From the human T2T-CHM13v2.0 reference genome, Homo sapiens, in NCBI RefSeq assembly GCF_009914755.1, contig NC_060925.1: 64,000 nucleotides of DNA. One strand, given 5' to 3'. Shown here piece by piece: positions 23,102 to 35,100 of this stretch. The position numbers and the translations under genes are program-made. Each line of letters starts with the position of its first letter. Position 1 is the first letter of the stretch. The notes below the pieces were generated by a model. The model was not told where the DNA came from. It worked only from the letters and a program-made list of their open reading frames with translations, and searched no databases.

Positions 23102-26100
23102 AGTAACTTCCTTGTGTTGTGTGTATTCAACTCACAGAGTTGAACGATCCTTTACACAGAGCAGACTTGAAACATTCTTTTTGTGGAATTTGTAAGTGGA
23201 GATTTCAGCCGCTTTGAGGTCAATGGTAGAATAGGAAATATCTTCCTATAGAAACTAGACAGAACGATTCTCAGAAACTCCTTTGTGATGTGTGCGTTCA
23301 ACTCACAGAGTTTAACCTTTCTTTTCATAGAGCAGTTAGGAAACACTCTGTTTGTAAAGTCTGCAAGTGGATATTCAGACCTCTTTGAGGCCTTCGTTGG
23401 AAACGGGATTTCTTCATATTCTGCTAGACAGAAGAATTCTCAGTAACTTCCTTGTGTTGTGTGTATTCAACTCACAGAGTTGAACGATCCTTTACACAGA
23501 GCAGACTTGAAACACTCTTTTTGTGGAATTTGCAAGTGGAGATTTCAGCCGCTTTCAGGTCAATAGTAGAAAAGGAAATATCTTCGTAGAAAAACTAGAC
23601 AGAATGGTTCTCAGAAACTCCTTTGTGATGTGTGTGTTGAACTCACAGAGTTTAACCTTTCTTTTCATAGAGCAGTTAGTAAACACTCTGTTTATAAAGT
23701 CTTCAAGTGGATATTCAGACCCCTTTGAGGCCTTCGTTGGAAACGGGATTTCTTCATATTATGCTAGACAGAAGAATTCTCAGTAACTTCCTTGTGTTGT
23801 GTGTATTCAAGTGACAGAGTTGAACTTTCATTTAGAGAGAGCAGATTTGAAACACTGTTTTTGTGGAATTTGCAAGTGGAGATTTCAAGCGCTTTGGGGC
23901 CAAAGGCAGAAAAGGAAATATCTTCGTATAAAAACTAGACAGAATCATTCTCAGAAACTGCTGCGTGATGTGTGCGTTCAACTCTCAGAGTTTAACTTTT
24001 CTTTTCATTCAGCGGTTTGGAAACACTCTGTTTGTAAAGTCTGCACGTGGAAATTTTGACCACTTAGAGGCCTTCGTTGGAAACGGGATTTTTTCATGTA
24101 AGGCTATACAGAAGAATTCCCAGTAACTTCCTTGTGTTGTGTGCATTCAACTCACAGAGTTGAACGTTCCCTTAGACAGAGCAGATTTGAAACACTCTAT
24201 TTGTGCAATTTGCAAGTGTAGTTTTCAAGCTCTTTAAGGTCAACGGCAGAAAAGGAAATATCTTCGTTTCAAAACTAGACAGAATCATTCCCACAAACTT
24301 CGTTGTGATGTGTTCGTTCAACTCACAGAGTTTAACCTTCCTGTTCATAGAGCAGTTAGGAAACACTCTGTTTGTAAAGTCTGTAAGTGGATATTCTGAC
24401 ATCTTGTGGCCTTCGTTGGAAACGGGATTTCTTCATATTCTGCTAGACAGAAGAATTCTCAGTAACTTCCTTGTGTTGTGTGTATTCAACTCACAGGGTT
24501 GAACGATCCTTTACACAGAGCAGACTTGAAACACTCTTTTTGTGGAATTTGCAAGTGGAGATTTCAGCCGCTTTGAGGTCAATGGTAGAAAAGGAAACTA
24601 TCTTCATATAAAGACTAGACAGAATGATTCTCAGAAAATCTTTTGTGATGTGTGCGTTCAACTCACAGAGTTTAACTTTTCTTCTCATAGAGCAGTTAGG
24701 AAACACTCTGTTTGTAAAGTCTGCAAGTGGATATTCAGACCTCTTTGAGGCCTTCGTTGGAAATGGGATTTCTTCATATTCTGCTAGACAGAATAATTCT
24801 CAGTAAGTTCCTTGTTTTGTGTGTATTCAACTCACAGAGTTGAAGGATCCTTTACACAGAGCAGGCTTGAAACACTCTTTTTGTCGAAATTGCAAGTGGA
24901 GATTTCAGCCGCTTTGATGTCAATGGTAGAATAGGAAATATCTTCCTATAGAAACTAGACAGAATGATTCTCAGAAACTCCTTTGTGATGTGTGCGTTCA
25001 ACTCACAGAGTTTAACCTTCCTTTTCATAGAGCAGTTAGGAAACACTCTGTTTGTAAAGTCTGCAAGTGGATATTCAGACCCCTTTGAGGCCTTCGTTGG
25101 AAATGGGATTTCTTCATATTCTGCTAGACAGAAGAATTCTCAGTAACTTCCTTGTGTTGTGTGTATTCAACTCACAGAGTTGAACGATCCTTTACACAGA
25201 GCAGACTTGAAACACTCTTTTTGTGGAATTTGCAAGTGGAGATTTCAGCCGCTTTCAGGTCAATAGTAGAAAAGGAAATATCTTCGTAGAAAAACTAGGC
25301 AGAATGATTCTCAGAAACTCCTTTGTGATGTGTGTGTTCAACTCACAGAGTTTAACCTTTCTTTTCATAGAGCAGTTAGTAAACACTCTGTTTATAAAGT
25401 CTGCAAGTGGATATTCAGACCCCTTTGAGGCCTTCGTTGGAAACGGGATTTCTTCATATTATGCTAGACAGAAGAATTCTCAGTAACTTCCTTGTGTTGT
25501 GTGTATTCAACTGACAGAGTTGAACTTTCATTTAGAAAGAGCAGATTTGAAACACTGTTTTTGTGGAATTTGCAAGTGGAGATTTCAAGCTCTTTGGGAC
25601 CAAGGGCAGAAAAGGAAATATCTTCGTATAAAAACTAGACAGAATCATTCTCAGAAACTGCTGCATGATGTGTGCGTTCAACTCTCAGAGTTTAACTTTT
25701 CTTTTCATTCAGCGGTTTGGAAACACTCTGTTTGTAAAGTCTGCACGTGGATATTTTGACCACTTAGAGGCCTTCGTTGGAAACGGGTTTTTTTTCATGT
25801 AAGGCTAGACAGAAGAATTCCCAGTAACTTCCTTGTGTTGTGTGCATTCAACTCACAGAGTTGAACGTTCCCTTAGACAGAGCAGATTTGAAACACTCTC
25901 TTTGTGCAATTTGCAAGTGTAGATTTCAAGCGCTTTAAGGTCAACGGCAGAAAAGGAAATATCTTCGTTTCAAAACTAGACAGAATCATTCCCACAAACT
26001 GCGTTGTGATGTGTTCGTTCAACTCACAGAGTTTAACCTTTCTGTTCATAGAGCAGTTAGGAAACACTCTGATTGTAAATTCTGTAAGTGGATATTCTGA

Positions 26101-29100
26101 CATCTTGTGGCCTTCGTTGGAAACGGGATTTCTTCATATTCTGCTAGACAGAAGAATTCTCAGTAACTTCCTTGTGTTGTGTGTATTCAACTCAAAGAGT
26201 TGAACGATCCTTTACACAGAGCAGACTTGAAACACTCTTTTTGTGGAATTTGCAAGTGGAGATTTCAGCCGCTTTGAGGTCAATGGTAGAAAAGGAAACT
26301 ATGTTCTTATAAAGACTAGACAGAATGATTCTCAGAAAATCTTTTGTGATGTGTGCGTTCAACTCACAGAGTTTAACTTTTCTTCTCATAGAGCAGTTAG
26401 GAAACACTATGTTTGTAAAGTCTGCAAGTGGATATTCAGACCTCTTTGAGGCCTTCGTTGGAAACGGGATTTCTTCATATTATGCTAGACAGAATAATTC
26501 TCAGTAACTTCCTTGTGTTGTGTGTATTCAACTCACAGAGTTGAAGGATCCTTTACAGAGAGCAGGCTTGAAACACTCTTTTTGTCGAATTTGCAAGTGG
26601 AGATTTCAGCCGCTTTGAGGTCAATGGTAGAATAGGAAATATCTTCTTATAGAAACTAGACAGAATGATTCTCAGAAACTCCTTTGTGATGTGTGCGTTC
26701 AACTCACAGAGTTTAACCTTTCTTTTCATAGAGCAGTTAGGAAACACTCTGTTTGTAAAGTCTGCAAGTGGATATTCAGACCTCCTTGAGGCCTTCGTTG
26801 GAAACGGGATTTCTTCATATTCTGCTAGACAGAAGAATTCTCAGTAACTTCCTTGTGTTGTGTGTATTCAACTCACAGAGTTGAACGATCCATTACACAG
26901 AGCAGACTTGAAACACTCTTTTTGTGGAATTTGCAAGTGGAGATTTCAGCCGCTTTGAGGTCAATGGTAGAAAAGGAAATATCTTCGTATAAAGACTAGA
27001 CAGAATGATTCTCATAAACTCCCTTGTGATGTGTGCGTTCAACTCACAGAGTTTAACTTTTCTTTTCATAGAGCAGTTAGGAAACACTCTGTTTGTAAAG
27101 TCTGCAAGTGGATATTCAGACCTCTTTGAGGCCTTCGTTGGAAACGGGATTTCTTCATATTATGCTAGACAGAATAATTCTCAGTAACTTCCTTGTGTTG
27201 TGTGTATTCAACTCACAGAGTTGAACGATCCTTTACACAGAGCAGACTTGAAACATTCTTTTTGTGGAATTTGCAAGTGGAGATTTCAGCCGCTTTGAGG
27301 TCAATGGTAGAATAGGAAATATCTTCCTATAGAAACTAGACAGAACGATTCTCAGAAACTCCTTTGTGATGTGTGCGTTCAACTCACAGAGTTTAACCTT
27401 TCTTTTCATAGAGCAGTTAGGAAACACTCTGTTTGTAAAGTCTGCAAGTGGATATTCAGACATCTTTAAGGCCTTCGTTGGAAACGGAATTTCTTCATGT
27501 TCTGCTAGACAGAAGAATTCTCAGTAACTTCCTTGTGTTGTGTGTATTCAACTCACAGAGTTGAACGATCCTTTACACAGAGCAGACTTGAAACACTCTT
27601 TTTGTGGAATTTGCAAGTGGAGATTTCAGCCGCTTTCAGGTCAATAGTAGAAAAGGAAATATCTTCGTAGAAAAACTAGACAGAATGATTCTCAGAAACT
27701 CCTTTGTGATGTGTGTGTTCAACTCACAGAGTTTAACCTTTCTTTTCATAGAGCAGTTAGTAAACACTCTGTTTATAAAGTCTGCAAGTGGATATTCAGA
27801 CCCCTTTGAGGCCTTCGTTGGAAACGGGATTTCTTCATATTATGCTAGACAGAAGAATTCTCAGTAACTTCCTTGTGTTGTGTGTATTCAACTGACAGAG
27901 TTGAACTTTCATTTAGAGAGAGCAGATTTGAAACACTGTTTTTGTGGAATTTGCAATTGGAGATTTCAAGCGCTTTGGGGCCAAAGGCAGAAAAGGAAAT
28001 ATCTTCGTATAAAAACTAGACAGAATCATTCTCAGAAACTGCTGCGTGATGTGTGCGTTCAACTCTCAGAGTTTAACTTTTCTTTTCATTCAGCGGTTTG
28101 GAAACACTCTGTTTGTAAAGTCTGCACGTGGATATTTTGACCACTTAGAGGCCTTCGTTGGAAACGGGTTTTTTTCATGTAAGGCTAGACAGAAGAATTC
28201 CCAGTAACTTCCTTGTGTTGTGTGCATTCAACTCACAGAGTTGAACGTTCCCTTAGACAGAGCAGATTTGAAACACTCTATTTGTGCAATTTGCAAGTGT
28301 AGATTTCAAGCGCTTTAAGGTCAATGGCAGAAAAGGAAATATCTTCGTTTCAAAACTAGACAGAATCATTCCCACAAACTGCGTTGTGATGTGTTCGTTC
28401 AACTCACAGAGTTTAACCTTTCTGTTCATAGAGCAGTTAGGAAACACTCTGTTTGTAAAGTCTGCAAGTGGATATTCAGACCTCCTTGAGGCCTTCGTTG
28501 GAAACGGGATTTCTTCATATTCTGCTAGACAGAATAATTCTCAGTAACTTCCTTGTGTTGTGTGTATTCAACTCACAGAGTTGAACGATCCTTTACACAG
28601 AGCAGACTTGAAACACTCTTTTTGTGGAATTTGCAAGTGGAGATTTCAGCCGCTTTGAGGTCAATGGTAGAAAAGGAAATATCTTCGTATAAAGACTAGA
28701 CAGAATGATTCTCAGAAACTCCTTTGTGATGTGTGCGTTCAACTCACAGAGTTCAACTTTTCTTTTCATAGAGCAGTTAGGAAACACTCTGTTTATAAAG
28801 TCTGCAAGTGGATATTCAGACCTCTTTGAGGCCTTCGTTGGAAACGGGATTTCTTCATATTATGCTAGACAGAAGAATTCTCAGTAACTTCCTTGTGTTG
28901 TGTGTATTCAACTCACAGAGTTGAACGATCCTTTACACAGAGCAGACTTGAAACATTCTTTTTGTGGAATTTGCAAGTGGAGATTTCAGCCGCTTTGAGG
29001 TCAATGGTAGAATAGGAAATATCTTCCTATAGAAACTAGACAGAACGATTCTCAGAAACTCCTTTGTGATGTGTGCGTTCAACTCACAGAGTTTAACCTT

Positions 29101-32100
29101 TCTTTTCATACAGCAGTTAGGAAACACTCTGTTTGTAAAGTCTGCAAGTGGATATTCAGACCTCTTTGAGGCCTTCGTTGGAAACGGGATTTCTTCATAT
29201 TCTGCTAGACAGAAGAATTCTCAGTAACTTCCTTGTGTTGTGTGTATTCAACTCACAGAGTTGAACGATCCTTTACACAGAGCAGACTTGAAACACTCTT
29301 TTTGTGGAATTTGCAAGTGGAGATTTCAGCCGCTTTGAGGTCAATAGTAGAAAAGGAAATATCTTCGTAGAAAAACTAGACAGAATGATTCTCAGAAACT
29401 CCTTTGTGATGTGTGTGTTCAACTCACAGAGTTTAACCTTTCTTTTAATATAGCAGTTAGTAAACACTCTGTTTATAAAGTCTGCAAGTGGATATTCAGA
29501 CCCCTTTGAGGCCTTCGTTGGAAACGGGATTTCTTCATATTATGCTAGACAAAAGAATTCTCAGTAACTTCCTTGTGTTGTGTGTATTCAACTGACAGAG
29601 TTGAACTTTCATTTAGAGAGAGCAGATTTGAAACACTGTTTTTGTGGAATTTGCAAGTGGAGATTTCAAGCGCTTTGGGGCCAAAGGCAGAAAAGGAAAT
29701 ATCTTCGTATAAAAACTAGACAGAATCATTCTCAGAAACTGCTGCGTGATGTGTGCGTTCAACTCTCAGAGTTTAACTTTTCTTTTCATTCAGCGGTTTG
29801 GAAACACTCTGTTTGTAAAGTCTGCACGTGGAAATTTTGACCACTTAGAGGCCTTCGTTGGAAACGGGTTTTTTTCATGTAAGGCTAGACAGAAGAATTC
29901 CCAGTAACTTCCTTGTGTTGTGTGCATTCAACTCACAGAGTTGAACGTTCCCTTAGACAGAGCAGATTTGAAACACTCTATTTGTGCAATTTGCAAGTGT
30001 AGTTTTCAAGCTCTTTAAGGTCAACGGCAGAAAAGGAAATATCTTCGTTTCAAAACTAGACAGAATCATTCCCACAAACTGCGTTGTGATGTGTTCGTTC
30101 AACTCACAGAGTTTAACCTTTCTGTTCATAGAGCAGTTAGGAAACACTCTGTTTGTAAAGTCTGTAAGTGGATATTCTGACATCTTGTGGCCTTCGTTGG
30201 AAACGGGATTTCTTCATATTCTGCTAGACAGAAGAATTCTCAGTAACTTCCTTGTGTTGTGTGTATTCAACTCACAGAGTTGAACGATCCTTTACACAGA
30301 GCAGACTTGAAACACTCTTTTTGTGGAATTTGCAAGTGGAGATTTCAGCCGCTTTGAGGTCAATGGTAGAAAAGGAAACTATCTTCATATAAAGACTAGA
30401 CAGAATGATTCTCAGAAAATCTTTTGTGATGTGTGCGTTCAACTCACAGAGTTTAACTTTTCTTCTCATAGAGCAGTTAGGAAACACTCTGTTTGTAAAG
30501 TGTGCAAGTGGATATTCAGACCTCTTTGAGGCCTTCGTTGGAAACGGGATTTCTTCATATTATGCTAGACAGAATAATTCTCAGTAACTTCCTTGTGTTG
30601 TGTGTATTCAACTCACAGAGTTGAAGGATCCTTTACAGAGAGCAGGCTTGAAACACTCTTTTTGTCGAATTTGCAAGTGGAGATTTCAGCCGCTTTGAGG
30701 TCAATGGTAGAATAGGAAATATCTTCTTATAGAAACTAGACAGAATGATTCTCATAAACTCCTTTGTGATGTGTGCGTTCAACTCACAGAGTTTAACCTT
30801 TCTTTTCATAGAGCAGTAAGGAAACACTCTGTTTGTAAAGTCTGCAAGTGGATATTCAGACCTCCTTGAGGCCTTCGTTGGAAACGGGATTTCTTCATAT
30901 TCTGCTAGACAGAAGAATTCTCAGTAACTTCCTTGTGTTGTGTGTATTCAACTCACAGAGTTGAACGATCCTTTACACAGAGCAGACTTGAAACACTCTT
31001 TTTGTGGAATTTGCAAGTGGAGATTTCAGCCCCTTTGAGGTCAATAGTAGAAAAGGAAATATCTTCGTAGAAAAACTAGACAGAATGATTCTCAGAAACT
31101 CCTTTGTGATGTGTGTGTTCAACTCACAGAGTTTAACCTTTCTTTTCATAGAGCAGTTAGTAAACACTCTGTTTATAAAGTCTGCAAGTGGATATTCAGA
31201 CCCCTTTGAGGCCTTCGTTGGAAACGGGATTTCTTCATATTATGCTAGACAGAAGAGTTCTCAGTAACTTCCTTGTGTTGTGTGTATTCAACTGACAGAG
31301 TTGAACTTTCATTTAGAGAGAGCAGATTTGAAACACTGTTTTTGTGGAATTTGCAAGTGGAGATTTCAAGCGCTTTGGGGCCAAAGGCAGAAAAGGAAAT
31401 ATCTTCGTATAAAAACTAGACAGAATCATTCTCAGAAACTGCTGCGTGATGTGTGCGTTTAACTCTCAGAGTTTAACTTTTCTTTTCATTCAGCGGTTTG
31501 GAAACACTCTGTTTGTAAAGTCTGCACGTGGAAATTTTGACCACTTAGAGGCCTTCGTTGGAAACGGGATTTTTTCATGTAAGGCCAGACAGAAGAATTC
31601 CCAGTAACTTCCTTGTGTTGTGTGCATTCAACTCACAGAGTTGAACGTTCCCTTAGACAGAGCAGATTTGAAACACTCTATTTGTGCAATTTGCAAGTGT
31701 AGATTTCAAGCTCTTTATGGTCAACGGCAGAAAAGGAAATATCTTCGTTTCAAAACTAGACAGAATCATTCCCACAAACTGCGTTGTGATGTGTTCGTTC
31801 AACTCACAGAGTTTAACCTTTCTGTTCATAGAGCAGTTAGGAAACACTCTGTTTGTAAAGTCTGTAAGTGGATATTCTGACATCTTGTGGCCTTCGTTGG
31901 AAACGGGATTTCTTCATATTCTGCTAGACAGAAGAATTCTCAGTAACTTCCTTGTGTTGTGTGTATTCAACTCACAGAGTTGAACGATCCTTTACACAGA
32001 GCAGACTTGAAACACTCTTTTTGTGGAATTTGCAAGTGGAGATTTCAGCCGCTTTGAGGTCAATGGTAGAAAAGGAAACTATCTTCATATAAAGACTAGA

Positions 32101-35100
32101 CAGAATGATTCTCAGAAAATCTTTTGTGATGTGTGCGTTCAACTCACAGAGTTTAACTTTTCTTCTCATAGAGCAGTTAGGAAACACTCTGTTTGTAAAG
32201 TGTGCAAGTGGATATTCAGACCTCTTTGAGGCCTTCGTTGGAAACGGGATTTCTTCATATTATGCTAGACAGAATAATTCTCAGTAACTTCCTTGTGTTG
32301 TGTGTATTCAACTCACAGAGTTGAAGGATCCTTTACAGAGAGCAGGCTTGAAACACTCTTTTTGTCGAATTTGCAAGTGGAGATTTCAGCCGCTTTGAGG
32401 TCAATGGTAGAATAGCAAATATCTTCTTATAGAAACTAGACAGAATGATTCTCATAAACTCCTTTGTGATGTGTGCGTTCAACTCACAGAGTTTAACCTT
32501 TCTTTTCATAGAGCAGTAAGGAAACACTCTGTTTGTAAAGTCTGCAAGTGGATATTCAGACCTCCTTGAGGCCTTCGTTGGAAACGGGATTTCTTCATAT
32601 TCTGCTAGACAGAAGAATTCTCAGTAACTTCCTTGTGTTGTGTGTATTCAACTCACAGAGTTGAACGATCCTTTACACAGAGCAGACTTGAAACACTCTT
32701 TTTGTGGAATTTGCAAGTGGAGATTTCAGCCGCTTTGAGGTCAATGGTAGAAAAGTAAATATCTTCGTATAAAGACTAGACAGAATGATTCTCAGAAACT
32801 CCTTTGTGATGTGTGCGTTCAACTCACAGAGTTTAACATTTCTGTTCATAGAGCAGTTAGGAAACACTCTGTTTGTAAAGTCTGCAAGTGGATATTCAGA
32901 CCTCCTTGAGGCCTTCGTTGGAAACGGGATTTCTTCATATTCTGCTAGACAGAAGAATTCTCAGTAACTTCCTTGTGTTGTGTGTATTCAACTCACAGAG
33001 TTGAACGATCCTTTACACAGAGCAGACTTGAAACACTCTTTTTCTTGAATTTGCAAGTGGAGATTTCAGCCGCTTTGAGGTCAATGGTAGAAAAGGAAAT
33101 ATCTTCGTATAAAGACTAGAGAGAATGATTCTCAGAAACTCCTTTGTGATGTGTGCGTTCAACTCACAGAGTTTAACTTTTCTTTTCATAGAGCAGTTAG
33201 GAAACACTCTGTTTGTAAAGTCTGCAAGTGGATATTCAGACCTCTTTGAGGCCTTCGTTGGAAACGGGATTTCTTCATATTCTGCTAGACAGAAGAATTC
33301 TCAGTAACTTCCTTGTGTTGTGTTTATTCAACTCACAGAGTTGAATGATCCTTTACACAGAGCAGACTTGAAACACTCTTTTTGTGGAATTTGCAAGTGG
33401 AGATTTCAGCCGCTTTGAGGTCAATAGTAGAAAAGGAAATATCTTCGTAGAAAAACTAGACAGAATGATTCTCAGAAACTCCTTTGTGATGTGTGTGTTC
33501 AACGCACAGAGTTTAACCTTTCTTTTCATAGAGCAGTTAGTAAACACTCTGTTTATAAAGTCTGCAAGTGGATATTCAGACCCCTTTGAGGCCTTCGTTG
33601 GAAACGGGATTTCTTCATATTATGCTAGACAGAAGAATTCTCAGTAACTTCCTTGTGTTGTGTGTATTCAACTGACAGAGTTGAACTTTCATTTAGAGAG
33701 AGCAGATTTGAAACACTGTTTTTGTGGAATTTGCAAGTGGAGATTTCAAGCGCTTTGGGGCCAAAGGCAGAAAAGGAAATATCTTCGTATAAAAACTAGA
33801 CAGAATCATTCTCAGAAACTGCTGCGTGATGTGTGCGTTCAACTCTCAGAGTTTAACTTTTCTTTTCATTCAGCGGTTTGGAAACACTCTGTTTGTAAAG
33901 TCTGCACGTGGATATTTTGACCACTTAGAGGCCTTCGTTGGAAACGGGTTTTTTTCATGTAAGGCTAGACAGAAGAATTCCCAGTAACTTCCTTGGGTTG
34001 TGTGCATTCAACTCACAGAGTTGAACGTTCCCTTCGACAGAGCAGATTTGAAACACTCTATTTGTGCAATTTGCAAGTGTAGATTTCAAGCGCTTTAAGG
34101 TCAACGGCAGAAAAGGAAATATCTTCGTTTCAAAACTAGACAGAATCATTCCCACAAACTGCGTTGTGATGTGTTCGTTCAACTCACAGAGTTTAACCTT
34201 TCTGTTCATAGAGCAGTTAGGAAACACTCTGTTTGTAAAGTCTGTAAGTGGATATTCTGACATCTTGTGGCCTTCGTTGGAAACGGGATTTCTTCATATT
34301 CTGCTAGACAGAAGAATTCTCAGTAACTTCCTTGTGTTGTGTGTATTCAACTCACAGAGTTGAACGATCCTTTACACAGAGCAGACTTGAAACACTCTTT
34401 TTGTGGAATTTGCAAGTGGAGATTTCAGCCGCTTTGAGGTCAATGGTAGAAAAGGAAACTATCTTCATATAAAGACTAGACAGAATGATTCTCAGAAAAT
34501 CTTTTGTGATGTGTGCGTTCAACTCACAGAGTTTAACTTTTCTTCTCATAGAGCAGTTAGGAAACACTCTGTTTGTAAAGTGTGCAAGTGGATATTCAGA
34601 CCTCTTTGAGGCCTTCTTTGGAAAAGGGATTTCTTCATATTATGCTAGACAGAATAATTCTCAGTAACTTCCTTGTGTTGTGTGTATTCAACTCACAGAG
34701 TTGAAGGATCCTTTACAGAGAGCAGGCTTGAAACACTCTTTTTGTCGAATTTGCAAGTGGAGATTTCAGCCGCTTTGAGGTCAATGGTAGAATAGGAAAT
34801 ATCTTCTTATAGAAACTAGACAGAATGATTCTCATAAACTCCTTTGTGATGTGTGCGTTCAACTCACAGAGTTTAACCTTTCTGTTCATAGAGCAGTTAG
34901 GAAACACTCTGTTTGTAAAGTCTGCAAGTGGATATTCAGACCTCCTTGAGGCCTTCGTTGGAAACGGGATTTCTTCATATTCTGCTAGACAGAAGAATTC
35001 TCAGTAACTTCCTTGTGTTGTGTTTATTCAACTCACAGAGTTGAATGATCCTTTACACAGAGCAGACTTGAAACACTCTTTTTGTGGAATTTGCAAGTGG

